Shown here: piece by piece, positions 11,560 to 25,770 of the stretch
Layout: the number at the start of each line of letters is the position of its first letter
Numbering within the stretch: the stretch's first letter is position 1
Origin: Macrostomum lignano
Taxonomy: Eukaryota
NCBI GenBank assembly: GCA_002269645.1
Contig: NIVC01002202.1
Coordinates: 21,138 to 85,137, forward strand
Reading direction: 5' to 3'
Length of the DNA: 64,000 nt
Made by a program: the position numbers and the translations under genes
The notes under the pieces: generated by a model
Seen by the model: only the letters and a program-made list of their open reading frames with translations
What the model was told of the DNA's origin: nothing
Database searches by the model: none

Positions 11560-12074
11560 TCTCATCTGGTCCGATGCCTTGGCTGTACCGCCGAATTCAG
11601 GGCTAGAAAGAATTTCAGTTATTGCTGTTATTAGTTATTTATGATAGTAATATCTTTTTTAATTGAGTTTTTAGATGTCTGTGTACTCTATTTATATATT
11701 TCTGTGTGTGGCGTTGATTTAAAAGGTTATTCTTCTGTTTATTAATGAGAAAAAAAGTCAGATATTCCGTTTGTAATTTCCATGCTTTCAATGGCGTTAA
11801 TGGGATCATTTCTGGTGGTGCCTCTGATTAAATTATTGGCATTGTAAATATCATTGACATAATTATGCCGAAGTCACACCACCACCAATGCTACATTCTG
11901 TATGAGGCTGGAATGGGGTGTGACCGTAGACTATTTTATTCCTGAGCGAATTAAAAAGATAATAAAAAATTAGGGGGCACTAAATACGCGCCAAGTAATA
12001 AAGTGCTTGAAAATAATTTTTCGCTTGTTGTTTATGGTAATTAACTGAATATTTCCTATTTGCTGGCCAAGGGT

Positions 12075-12510
12075 AGTGAAGTCGGGTGGGGGGTTGGCCG
12101 TGGTAGAAAAGTGGGTTTGTCGGGGTAGTAAAGTGGGGTTTGGCCTGGGTAGGAAGTAGGGGTTTGTCAGAGTAGTAAATTAAGGGTTTGCCAGGTTAGT
12201 AAAGTGGGGGAGGGGTTGGCCGGGGTAGGAAAGGGGGGTTAGTCGTGGTAGTATAGTGGGGGTTACCCAGGGTAGTCAAGTGGGGGGTTGTCTGGGGTAG
12301 GAAAGTGGGGGGGCTGGCCGGGGTAGGAAAGGGGGGTTGGCTGGTAGTAAAGTGGGGGGGGGTAGGAAATGGGGGTTGGCCTTGGTATGAAAAAGGGGGT
12401 TGTCTGGGGTAGGAAAATGGGGGGGGCTGGCCGGGGTTAGGAAAGTGGCTTGACCGGGCTAGGAAAGGGTGGTTATCCGGGGTAATAAAGTGGGGTTTGG
12501 CCTGGGTGGT
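12075..12510 (+). repeat. G-rich degenerate minisatellite (~25 bp), block 1
   Basis: GGGGGTTGGCCGGGGTAGGAAAGT-like units. Confidence 0.85.
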
Positions 12511-13609
12511 AAAAAATTATCAAATTCTTTTGAAGCACACCGAATTTATGCCAAATTGGATGACAAGGTGCTCTGAAAATTGCCAAACAATCAATAACGA
12601 TAAGGTCTGATTCCAATTAATTTATCTGACAAAACGCTCGCAGCCTACTAGGTTTAGCAGGAGTGCCATTAGCATAGTTACATCAAGTGCATTAATTCAA
12701 TGTTGAGTGGCTCTGTTGATATCTAGTTAAGCATATAATTCCAAAAAGATATAATGAAATACTCACCTGCATACTCCTCAATATTTGCCAAATAGTGTCA
12801 CTTCAGCTAGTAGTTAACAACCTGACTTAATAACTTGTGTATTTTATTGCAATTTCCACCAAGTTAGTAAAGCAATGGTTACGGTACATATTATATGCAT
12901 AATTCATCTGTTTTGGCGGCCTTTCAACCTGTGATTAAACTGTAATTATGCTTACAGATTTAGTCATTACGAACATGCATGTGTTTACTTAGTTTTTGTT
13001 TTCGTAATGACTTCTGTTAGTTATACAATTGTGCTTTTTCTTCTATAAAAATCTTCCTCTCAACATGGATATACAGACTACAGTCAGTGTACAGGGATTG
13101 CTAAAATTGTGCCTTAGTTTAATATAATTTCGATACATATCGGTAGCTAGCAAATTATTGAAAAATTCAGAAAAATTTAGCAGGTTAAATTAAACCAATC
13201 TATCTAATGATTTATAATCTTGGATTTTACACAGGTAAAGTTTCTTTTAAGCAATTCCTAGCTCGGATGGCCTGTGCTACTACTGATTTAATAAGTAGTA
13301 GAGCTACTTGTGTTATCTTTTTTCCTATCATAATTATACCTAACCTTGTCAGGCCTGGTCTATTTCTAGTTCCCAGAGTGCTTACCGAAAAATTCCCATA
13401 CTCTATCTGGATTATTAAATCAGTTGTGCTGGCTCCCGTGAGCGCATGTAAGATTCCAACACTTATCTGACAATAAATGACAACTGAATGCCAATTTGAT
13501 TCATTTTCGGAAAGTTGCGTGTTTAGCACAGGAAGAATGCAAATATAAAAAAATTTTAGTAGTGTATCTTGGTTTACCTGTTCTTTGGGCTGATTGTGGG
13601 GTTTTACTG

Positions 13610-14245
13610 GAAATTTTTGGGAAAAGTGGGGGTTTGGGTCAGGTTGGGAAAGTTTGGGGGGTTGGCCAGGGTATGAAAGTGGTGGGTTTACCAGGGTAAG
13701 AAAGTGTGGGGGTTGGCCGGAGTAAAAAAGTGTGGGGGTTCGGCCGGGATAAGAAAAGGTGGGGGGTCGGCCGGGGTAATAAAATGAGGGGGGTCGGCTG
13801 GGGTAATAAAATGGGGGGTTGGCCGGGGTAATAAAATGGGGGGTCGGCCGGGGTAAGAAAATGAGGGGGTCGGCCGGGATAATAAAATGGGGAGTTGGCC
13901 GGGGTAATAAAATGGGGGGTTTGGGTCAGGTTGGGAAAGTTTGGGGGGTTGGCCAGGGTATGAAAGTGGTGGGTTGGCCGGGGTAAAAAAGTGTGGGGGT
14001 TCGGCCGGGGTAAGAAAATGTGGGGGTCGGCCGAGGTAATAAAATGGGGGGTCGGCCGGGGTAAGAAAATGAGGGGGGTCGGCCGGGGTAATAAAATGGG
14101 GGGTTGGCCGGGGTAAGAAAATGGGGGGTCGGCCGGGGTAAGAAAATGTGGGGGTCGGCCGAGGTAATAAAATGAGGGGGGTCGGCCGGGGTAATAAAAT
14201 GGGAGTTGGCCTGGGTAAGAAAGTGAATTGGTGGTTGGTCGGGGT
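13610..14245 (+). repeat. G-rich degenerate minisatellite (~25 bp), block 2
   Basis: GGGGGTCGGCCGGGGTAAGAAAAT-like units, same family as block 1. Confidence 0.9.
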
Positions 14246-15139
14246 AAGAAATGGGATTTGCGGAGAAAAAATAATGCTCTTATCAGATGGATTAAGTATG
14301 AGTATCATAATTCTCGCCCACACCATGTGAGATTTATGCTTATTTCTTCATTCCCGAATTTTATGCAACCCACAAGTGAGTTAAAGCAGCTAGACGAGTT
14401 CCTAAGCAGCTGGGTCGCGTAGGACTCTGGGCCATTCTCAATCATGCACAGTTCAATTTATCATGTTAGTGTAGTTAGTAGTCATGCAATTTTTTGTTCC
14501 TTGTTAAAATTCCACGCATCGCTGGAAAAGGCTCGTTTAATTGGCAAAATAGAGAGAGAAAGAGACCGCCGAGTGGGAAGGGAAAACAAGATGAAGGCCA
14601 GTTATGTTGAGAGGCCTCAAAATGCTCCTAGCTATACCGCGGTTGTTCGTGCGCATCCATATTGATGACATAGACAAGCAGCTATGGGAATTACTATGAA
14701 ATTTTGGGGCTGAGCTCCCCCCGCCTGTCAGAGGGGAGTTGCGTGACTTGCTGGCTCAGATTTTTGACCGTTTTCTTCACTAAGAGTAGATTTCGGAAAA
14801 GCCTCCATTGCTCTCTGAATTGGCGATTCTCCTGCTTCGCGTGTCGCCCCGGTCCCGTGCTTCGCTCTTACCTGTCATCTGCCGCTGTGACGTGCGATCC
14901 TTCGAATCTTGACTCAGCGAAAGCAGGGCATCAGTTCTCGTAATTGTGTTCCTGCATTGCTTGTCTTGCGGTTGTACGAGCGTAAAATGACAAACAATGC
15001 GTTATTAGCTATCTCGGGTGCGCGATCATCACTGCCTGGTCTGAAGCTCACAAAAAAGTACTTCGATCATTTTCCTCAGAAGAGTATACGAAACTTTGAA
15101 CTAACTTGTTTTAGTGTGTAGTCGCTGCCTTACATCTTT

Positions 15140-15715
15140 AAGTAAGCACTGCGTCATCCTTCAGTAATCACTGCATCATCCTCAAGTAAGCACTGCGTCA
15201 TCCTTCAGTAATCACTGCATCATCCTCAAGTAGGCACTGCGCCATCCTTCAGTAATCACTGCATCATCATCCAGTAATCACTGCATCATCCTCAAGTAAG
15301 CAGCGCCATCCTTCAGTAATCACTGCATCATCCTCAAGTAAGCACTGCGCCATCCTTCAGTAATCACTGCATCATCCTCAAGTAAGCACTGCGTCATCCT
15401 TCAGTAATCACTGCATCATCCTCAAGTAAGCACTGCGTCATCCTTCAGTAATCACTGCATCATCCTCAAGTAAGCACTGCGTCATCCTTCAGTAAGCACT
15501 GCGTCATCCTTCAGTAAGCATTGCATCATCCTTCAGTAAGCACTGCATCATCCTTCAGTAAGCACTGCGTCATCCTTCAGTAAGCATTGCATCATCCTTC
15601 AGTAAGCACTGCGTCATCCTTCAGTAAGCATTGCATCATCCTTCAGTAAGCACTGCGTCATCATCCAGTAAGCATTGCATCATCCTTCAGTTAAGTGCCT
15701 CAAGTAAGCGTCTGT
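15140..15715. repeat. 22-bp minisatellite (44-bp dimers in the first half)
   Basis: Unit CTTCAGTAAGCACTGCGTCATC, alternating with the CTCAAGTAAG and CTTCAGTAAT variants. Confidence 0.95.
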
Positions 15716-17159
15716 AAGCGCGTCAGTAAGTTTTAGTCAGTTCTATTCGAGTAAGCACTTCGTCATGCTTAATTATGTCAAGAATACAGGTAAGAAATGT
15801 ACTTCAACACGATATTATCGCTGAAGACGTTTCGCCCCGGGGGTTTATCCACAGCCACAGTACCTGTAACTGACGGCTCGGCGCATTTTTGTCTTCAATA
15901 TCGAGCGGAAAATTATCTTATTACAGCCTATAGCTGTTGGGGGGGGGTTTACAAGACAACACTTTCACTTGATCCTCCTCCTCCTCCTTGGTGTGGCCGC
16001 ATCTGTGAGCTGAGGCGGCTGGCTGGGTCTTGGCTGATCCGCATACCAGCAGCATCAATACCTCATCTCTCCCGTGTCTGTTTCTGCTTTGCTTTGCCTC
16101 TCTAATTAAGCATCAGCCGCCGGGGTCTGCTATACCTTATCCCTTGGCTCTGGGCATGCCGTGTTTACTTTGCAGTAAATCTCTGTTCCTTTTCTCATTC
16201 CCTATATGAGGATTATAGAGAATTCCGCTGGCTCCTAAATCTTCGCATTTCAACTTGATCGGCACGGCTAATACGCCTGCCCCATCTGCGGGGATTAGCT
16301 TTTATTGCACTCAATGCTGTGCAATTCCAGCAGTACCTAATTACTCTTTCGTAGTAAAAACTGTTTGTCTAATGCTAGATCCCGAATGAGAACTGGATCC
16401 CGGTCTTTCGGGTGTCGAATTCCGCTGCTTGAGAGGGCAGCTGGTCACACCCACAAGCTGGGCACTCTGCTTCAAGTCGCGTTCATTAGCGAACCTCTCA
16501 AAAGTACTTCGATTGGGGATCGGGCTAAATGAAAATGAAAATCCTTGAGGATCCGAACGGATTATCTTATTCGATTTTCAAGTTGCCGCGCAAATGTCAA
16601 GACTGCACCGGCAGAGGCAGATAAACAACGAGGAAGTGACTTGCGGACACCCGACTGACTGACTGGCTTTGGACTGCTTCAGCTTGACAGGGGCCGTCAC
16701 AGCGGATTTGCCGATGCACACTCGAGTGTTGCGTCGAAGGCTTAGGCGAGTAATTATGAATACACAATTCTGAAGCCTGCGGCGGCTGCAGGGGATGACT
16801 TGGTATGAGGTTGCGCCTGTGGTTGATTTCCGGTCAGCATCCATCATCACCAACGCTATGCATGCAACGGTGGAAATTTTTCTGCTGTTTGTGAATTTTT
16901 TCTTAGAGCAGAATATTTTTCCACCAGCTGTCCAAGCTTCAATGTAGAAAAGTTTCCTTTATCCCATGAAGGCCAACCCCCGAGGCACAGAGGGTGCAAA
17001 TGCCTGACGACTAGAAAGTCAGGGCCGCTGTACACCCTGTGTGAGCTGTGCATGAGTCCTCAGCGACATGGCCCCACAGCCAGCGCTGGCGGCAATTTCC
17101 GCCCATTCCGTTGACTCCTGAGTACATGCAAGCGCGTCAATACTGTGCGCAGGCACCAC

Positions 17160-20100
17160 TCAGTCTGTAAACTGTCACTAGCACAGTCTGTAAACTTTTC
17201 GCTAGCACAGTCTGTAAACTGTCACTAGCACAGTCTGTAAACTGTCACTAGCACAGTCTGTAAACTGTCGCTAGCACAGTCTGTAAACTGTCACTAGCAC
17301 AGTCTGTAAACTGTCACTAGCACAGTCTGTAAACTGTCGCTAGCACAGTCTGTAAACTGTCACTAGCACAGTCTGTAAACTGTTGCTAGCATAGTCTGTC
17401 ACTAGCACAGTCTGTAAACTGTCACTAGCACAGTCTGTAAACTGTTCGCTAGCACAGTCTGTAAACTGTCACTAGCACAATCTGTCACTAGCACAGTCTG
17501 TAAACTGTCGCTAGCACAGTCTGTAAACTGTCACTAGCACAGTCTGTAAACTGTCACTAGCACAGTCTGTAAACTGTCGCTAGCACAATCTGTCACTAGC
17601 ACAGTCTGTAAACTGTCACTAGCACAGTCTGTAAACTGTCGCTAGCACAGTCTGTAAACTGTCACTAGCACAGTCTGTAAACTGTCACTAGCACAGTCTG
17701 TAAACTGTCACTAGCACAGTCTGTAAACTGTCACTAGCACAGTCTGTAAACTGTCACTAGCACAGTCTGTAAACTGTCACTAGCACAGTCTGTAAACTGT
17801 CACTAGCACAATCTGTAAACTGTTGCTAGCATAGTCTGTCACTAGCACAGTCTGTAAACTGTCACTAATGCAGTCTGTAAACTGTCACTAGCACAGTCTG
17901 TAAACTGTCACTAGCACAGTCTGTAAACTGTCACTAGCACAGTCTGTAAACTGTCGCTAGCACAGTCTGTAAACTGTCACTAGCACAGTCTGTAAACTGT
18001 TGCTAGCATAGTCTGTCACTAGCACAGTCTGTAAACTGTCACTAGCACAGTCTGTAAACTGTCACTAGCACAGTCTGTAAACTGTTGCTAGCATAGTCCG
18101 TCACTAGCACAGTCTGTAAACTGTCACTAATGCAGTCTGTAAACTGTCACTAGCACAGTCTGTAAACTGTCACTAGCACAATCTGTACACTGTCGCTAGC
18201 ACAATCTGTAAACTGTCACTAGCACAGTCTGTAAACTGTCGCTAGCACAGTCTGTAAACTGTCACTAGCACAGTCTGTAAACTGTTGCTAGCATAGTCTG
18301 TCACTAGCACAGTCTGTAAACTGTCACTAGCACAGTCTGTAAACTGTTCGCTAGCACAGTCTGTAAACTGTCACTAGCACAATCTGTCACTAGCACAGTC
18401 TGTAAACTGTCGCTAGCACAGTCTGTCACTAGCACAGTCTGTAAACTGTCGCTAGCACAATCTGTCACTAGCACAGTCTGTAAACTGTCACTAGCACAAT
18501 CTGTCACTAGCACAGTCTGTAAACTGTCGCTAGCACAATCTGTCACTAGCACAGTCTGTAAACTGTCGCTAGCACAATCTGTCACTAGCACAGTCTGTAA
18601 ATTGTCGCTAGCACAATCTGTCACTAGCACAGTCTGTAAACTGTCGCTAGCACAATCTGTCACTAGCACAGTCTGTAAACTGTCGCTAGCACAATCTGTC
18701 ACTAGCACAGTCTGTAAACTGTTCGCTAGCACAGTCTGTAAACTGTCACTAGCACAATCTGTCACTAGCACAGTCTGTAAACTGTCGCTAGCACAGTCTG
18801 TAAACTGTCACTAGCACAATCTGTCACTAGCACAGTCTGTAAACTGTCACTAGCACAGTCTGTAAACTGTTGCTAGCATAGTCTGTCACTAGCACAGTCT
18901 GTAAACTGTCACTAATGCAGTCTGTAAACTGTCACTAGCACAGTCTGTAAACTGTCACTAGCACAGTCTGTAAACTGACGCTAGCACAGTCTGTAAACTG
19001 TCACTAGCACAGTCTGTAAACTGTTGCTAGCATAGTCTGTCACTAGCACAGTCTGTAAACTGTCACTAGCACAATCTGTACACTGTCGCTAGCACAATCT
19101 GTAAACTGTCACTAGCACAGTCTGTAAACTGTCGCTAGCACGGTCTGTAAACTGTCACTAGCACAGTCTGTAAACTGTTGCTAGCATAGTCTGTCACTAG
19201 CACAGTCTGTAAACTGTCACTAGCACAGTCTGTAAACTGTTCGCTAGCACAGTCTGTAAACTGTCACTAGCACAATCTGTCACTAGCACAGTCTGTAAAC
19301 TGTCGCTAGCACAGTCTGTAAACTGTCACTAGCACAGTCTGTAAACTGTCACTAGCACAGTCTGTAAACTGTCGCTAGCACAATCTGTCACTAGCACAGT
19401 CTGTAAACTGTCGCTAGCACAATCTGTCACTAGCACAGTCTGTAAACTGTCGCTAGCACAATCTGTCACTAGCACAGTCTGTAAACTGTTGCTAGCACAA
19501 TCTGTCACTAGCACAGTCTGTAAACTGTCGCTAGCACAATCTGTCACTAGCACAGTCTGTAAACTGTTCGCTAGCACAGTCTGTAAACTGTCACTAGCAC
19601 AATCTGTCACTAGCACAGTCTGTAAACTGTTCGCTAGCACAGTCTGTAAACTGTCGCTAGCACAATCTGTCACTAGCACAGTCTGTAAACTGTCGCTAGC
19701 ACAGTCTGTAAACTGTCACTAGCACAATCTGTCACTAGCACAGTCTGTAAACTGTCGCTAGCACAATGTGTCAATAGCATACCACAGTCTGTAAACTGTC
19801 GCTAGCACAATCTGTCACTAGCACAGTCTGTAAACTGTCGCTAGCACAATCTGTCACTAGCACAGTCTGTAAACTGTTGCTAGCATAGTCTGTCACTAGC
19901 ACAGTCTGTAAACTGTCACTAGCACAATCTGTACACTGTCGCTAGCACAATCTGTAAACTGTCACTAGCACAGTCTGTAAACTGTCGCTAGCACAGTCTG
20001 TAAACTGTCACTAGCACAGTCTGTAAACTGTTGCTAGCATAGTCTGTCACTAGCACAGTCTGTAAACTGTCACTAGCACAGTCTGTAAACTGTTCGCTAG

Positions 20101-23100
20101 CACAGTCTGTAAACTGTCACTAGCACAATCTGTCACTAGCACAGTCTGTAAACTGTCGCTAGCACAGTCTGTCACTAGCACAGTCTGTAAACTGTCGCTA
20201 GCACAATCTGTCACTAGCACAGTCTGTAAACTGTCACTAGCACAATCTGTCACTAGCACAGTCTGTAAACTGTCGCTAGCACAATCTGTCACTAGCACAG
20301 TCTGTAAACTGTCGCTAGCACAATCTGTCACTAGCACAGTCTGTAAACTGTCGCTAGCACAATCTGTCACTAGCACAGTCTGTAAACTGTCGCTAGCACA
20401 ATCTGTCACTAGCACAGTCTGTAAACTGTCGCTAGCACAATCTGTCACTAGCACAGTCTGTAAACTGTTCGCTAGCACAGTCTGTAAACTGTCACTAGCA
20501 CAATCTGTCACTAGCACAGTCTGTAAACTGTCGCTAGCACAGTCTGTAAACTGTCACTAGCACAATCTGTCACTAGCACAGTCTGTAAACTGTCACTAGC
20601 ACAGTCTGTAAACTGTTGCTAGCATAGTCTGTCACTAGCACAGTCTGTAAACTGTCACTAGCACAGTCTGTAAACTGTTCGCTAGCACAGTCTGTAAACT
20701 GTCGCTAGCACAATCTGTCACTAGCACAGTCTGTAAACTGTCGCTAGCACAGTCTGTAAACTGTCACTAGCACAGTCTGTAAACTGTCACTAGCACAGTC
20801 TGTAAACTGTCGCTAGCACAATCTGTCACTAGCACAGTCTGTAAACTGTCACTAGCACAGTCTGTAAACTGTCGCTAGCACAGTCTGTAAACTGTCACTA
20901 GCACAGTCTGTAAACTGTCACTAGCACAGTCTGTAAACTGTCACTAGCACAGTCTGTAAACTGTCACTAGCACAGTCTGTAAACTGTCACTAGCACAGTC
21001 TGTAAACTGTCACTAGCACAGTCTGTAAACTGTCACTAGCACAATCTGTAAACTGTTGCTAGCATAGTCTGTCACTAGCACAGTCTGTAAACTGTCACTA
21101 ATGCAGTCTGTAAACTGTCACTAGCACAGTCTGTAAACTGTCACTAGCACAGTCTGTAAACTGTCACTAGCACAGTCTGTAAACTGTCGCTAGCACAGTC
21201 TGTAAACTGTCACTAGCACAGTCTGTAAACTGTTGCTAGCATAGTCTGTCACTAGCACAGTCTGTAAACTGTCACTAGCACAGTCTGTAAACTGTCACTA
21301 GCACAGTCTGTAAACTGTTGCTAGCATAGTCTGTCACTAGCACAGTCTGTAAACTGTCACTAATGCAGTCTGTAAACTGTCACTAGCACAGTCTGTAAAC
21401 TGTCACTAGCACAGTCTGTAAACTGTCGCTAGCACAATCTGTCACTAGCACAGTCTGTAAACTGTCACTAGCACAGTCTGTAAACTGTCGCTAGCACAGT
21501 CTGTAAACTGTCACTAGCACAGTCTGTAAACTGTCACTAGCACAGTCTGTAAACTGTCACTAGCACAGTCTGTAAACTGTCACTAGCACAGTCTGTAAAC
21601 TGTCACTAGCACAGTCTGTAAACTGTCACTAGCACAGTCTGTAAACTGTCACTAGCACAATCTGTAAACTGTTGCTAGCATAGTCTGTCACTAGCACAGT
21701 CTGTAAACTGTCACTAATGCAGTCTGTAAACTGTCACTAGCACAGTCTGTAAAATGTCACTAGCACAGTCTGTAAACTGTCACTAGCACAGTCTGTAAAC
21801 TGTCGCTAGCACAGTCTGTAAACTGTCACTAGCACAGTCTGTAAACTGTTGCTAGCATAGTCTGTCACTAGCACAGTCTGTAAACTGTCACTAGCACAGT
21901 CTGTAAACTGTCACTAGCACAGTCTGTAAACTGTTGCTAGCATAGTCTGTCACTAGCACAGTCTGTAAACTGTCACTAATGCAGTCTGTAAACTGTCACT
22001 AGCACAGTCTGTAAACTGTCACTAGCACAATCTGTACACTGTCGCTAGCACAATCTGTAAACTGTCACTAGCACAGTCTGTAAACTGTCGCTAGCACAGT
22101 CTGTAAACTGTCACTAGCACAGTCTGTAAACTGTTGCTAGCATAGTCTGTCACTAGCACAGTCTGTAAACTGTCACTAGCACAGTCTGTAAACTGTTCGC
22201 TAGCACAGTCTGTAAACTGTCACTAGCACAATCTGTCACTAGCACAGTCTGTAAACTGTCGCTAGCACAGTCTGTAAACTGTCACTAGCACAGTCTGTAA
22301 ACTGTCACTAGCACAGTCTGTAAACTGTCGCTAGCACAATCTGTCACTAGCACAGTCTGTAAACTGTCGCTAGCACAATCTGTCACTAGCACAGTCTGTA
22401 AACTGTCGCTAGCACAATCTGTCACTAGCACAGTCTGTAAACTGTTGCTAGCACAATCTGTCACTAGCACAGGCTGTAAACTGTCGCTAGCACAATCTGT
22501 CACTAGCACAGTCTGTAAACTGTTCGCTAGCACAGTCTGTAAACTGTCACTAGCACAATCTGTCACTAGCACAGTCTGTAAACTGTTCGCTAGCACAGTC
22601 TGTAAACTGTCGCTAGCACAATCTGTCACTAGCACAGTCTGTAAACTGTCGCTAGCACAGTCTGTAAACTGTCACTAGCACAATCTGTCACTAGCACAGT
22701 CTGTAAACTGTCGCTAGCACAATGTGTCAATAGCACAGTCTGTAAACTGTCGCTAGCACAATCTGTCACTAGCACAGTCTGTAAACTGTCGCTAGCACAA
22801 TCTGTCACTAGCACAGTCTGTAAACTGTTGCTAGCATAGTCTGTCACTAGCACAGTCTGTAAACTGTCACTAGCACAATCTGTACACTGTCGCTAGCACA
22901 ATCTGTAAACTGTCACTAGCACAGTCTGTAAACTGTCGCTAGCACAGTCTGTAAACTGTCACTAGCACAGTCTGTAAACTGTTGCTAGCATAGTCTGTCA
23001 CTAGCACAGTCTGTAAACTGTCACTAGCACAGTCTGTAAACTGTTCGCTAGCACAGTCTGTAAACTGTCACTAGCACAATCTGTCACTAGCACAGTCTGT

Positions 23101-25770
23101 AAACTGTCGCTAGCACAGTCTGTCACTAGCACAGTCTGTAAACTGTCGCTAGCACAATCTGTCACTAGCACAGTCTGTAAACTGTCGCTAGCACAATCTG
23201 TCACTAGCACAGTCTGTAAACTGTCGCTAGCACAATCTGTCACTAGCACAGTCTGTAAACTGTCGCTAGCACAATCTGTCACTAGCACAGTCTGTAAACT
23301 GTCGCTAGCACAATCTGTCACTAGCACAGTCTGTAAACTGTCGCTAGCACAATCTGTCACTAGCACAGTCTGTAAACTGTTCGCTAGCACAGTCTGTAAA
23401 CTGTCACTAGCACAATCTGTCACTAGCACAGTCTGTAAACTGTCGCTAGCACAGTCTGTAAACTGTCACTAGCACAATCTGTCACTAGCACAGTCTGTAA
23501 ACTGTCACTAGCACAGTCTGTAAACTGTTGCTAGCATAGTCTGTCACTAGCACAGTCTGTAAACTGTCACTAATGCAGTCTGTAAACTGTCACTAGCACA
23601 GTCTGTAAACTGTCACTAGCACAGTCTGTAAACTGACGCTAGCACAGTCTGTAAACTGTCACTAGCACAGTCTGTAAACTGTTGCTAGCATAGTCTGTCA
23701 CTAGCACAGTCTGTAAACTGTCACTAGCACAATCTGTACACTGTCGCTAGCACAATCTGTAAACTGTCACTAGCACAGTCTGTAAACTGTCGCTAGCACG
23801 GTCTGTAAACTGTCACTAGCACAATCTGTCACTAGCACAGTCTGTAAACTGTCACTAGCACAGTCTGTAAACTGTTGCTAGCATAGTCTGTCACTAGCAC
23901 AGTCTGTAAACTGTTGCTAGCATAGTCTGTCACTAGCACAGTCTGTAAACTGTCACTAGCACAATCTGTACACTGTCGCTAGCACAATCTGTAAACTGTC
24001 ACTAGCACAGTCTGTAAACTGTCGCTAGCACGGTCTGTAAACTGTCACTAGCACAATCTGTCACTAGCACAGTCTGTAAACTGTCACTAGCACAGTCTGT
24101 AAACTGTCGCTAGCATAGTCTGTCACTAGCACAGTCTGTAAACTGTCACTAATGCAGTCTGTAAACTGTCACTAGCACAGTCTGTAAACTGTCACTAGCA
24201 CAGTCTGTAAACTGTCGCTAGCACAGTCTGTAAACTGTCACTAGCACAGTCTGTAAACTGTTGCTAGCATAGTCTGTCACTAGCACAGTCTGTAAACTGT
24301 CACTAGCACAGTCTGTAAACTGTTCGCTAGCACAGTCTGTAAACTGTCACTAGCACAATCTGTCACTAGCACAGTCTGTAAACTGTCGCTAGCACAGTCT
24401 GTAAACTGTCGCTAGCACAATCTGTCACTAGCACAGTCTGTAAACTGTCGCTAGCACAATCTGTCACTAGCACAGTCTGTAAACTGTTGCTAGCACAATC
24501 TGTCACTAGCACAGTCTGTAAACTGTCGCTAGCACAATCTGTCACTAGCACAGTCTGTAAACTGTTCGCTAGCACAGTCTGTAAACTGTCACTAGCACAA
24601 TCTGTCACTAGCACAGTCTGTAAACTGTCACTAGCACAGTCTGTAAACTGTCACTAGCACAGTCTGTAAACTGACGCTAGCACAGTCTGTAAACTGTCAC
24701 TAGCACAGTCTGTAAACTGTTGCTAGCATAGTCTGTCACTAGCACAGTCTGTAAACTGTCACTAGCACAATCTGTACACTGTCGCTAGCACAATCTGTAA
24801 ACTGTCACTAGCACAGTCTGTAAACTGTCGCTAGCACAGTCTGTAAACTGTCACTAGCACAGTCTGTAAACTGTTGCTAGCATAGTCTGTCACTAGCACA
24901 GTCTGTAAACTGTCACTAGCACAGTCTGTAAACTGTTGCTAGCACAATCTGTCACTAGCACAGTCTGTAAACTGTCGCTAGCACAATCTGTCACTAGCAC
25001 AGTCTGTAAACTGTTCGCTAGCACAGTCTGTAAACTGTCGCTAGCACAATCTGTCACTAGCACAGTCTGTAAACTGTCGCTAGCACAGTCTGTAAACTGT
25101 CACTAGCACAATCTGTCACTAGCACAGTCTGTAAACTGTCGCTAGCACAATGTGTCAATAGCACAGTCTGTAAACTGTCGCTAGCACAATCTGTCACTAG
25201 CACAGTCTGTAAACTGTCGCTAGCACAATCTGTCACTAGCACAGTCTGTAAACTGTTCGCTAGCACAGTCTGTAAACTGTTCGCTAGCACAGTCTGTAAA
25301 CTGTCACTAGCACAATCTTTCACTAGCACAGTCTGTAAACTGTCGCTAGCACAGTCTGTAAACTGTCACTAGCGCAGTCTGTAAACTGTCACTAATGCAG
25401 TCTGTAAACTGTCGCTAGCACAATCTGTCACTAGCACAGTCTGTAAACTGTCGCTAGCACAATCTGTCACTAGCACAGTCTGTAAACTGTTGCTAGCACA
25501 ATCTGTCACTAGCACAGTCTGTAAACTGTCACTAGCGCAGTCTGTAAACTGTCACTAATGCAGTCTGTAAACTGTCGCTAGCACAATCTGTCACTAGCAC
25601 AGTCTGTAAACTGTCGCTAGCACAATCTGTCACTAGCACAGTCTGTAAACTGTTGCTAGCACAATCTGTCACTAGCACAGTCTGTAAACTGTCACTGGCA
25701 CAGTCTGTGTCATTAGAGCAGTCTGTGTCATTAGCGTAGTCTGTAAACTGTAATTAGCGCAGTCTTTAAA
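17160..25770 (+). repeat. 8.6-kb satellite array of 23-bp and 16-bp monomers
   Basis: CTAGCACAGTCTGTAAACTGTCA (23 bp) mixed with CTAGCACAATCTGTCA (16 bp). The array degenerates at 25690-25770. Confidence 0.98.

Noticed and set aside
17000-17025. Hammerhead-like CTGACGA...GAAA
   Set aside because: There is no stem II or stem III/cleavage triplet, and the second copy (41388) changes both core motifs. The bases instead form a CTGAC/GTCAG hairpin.
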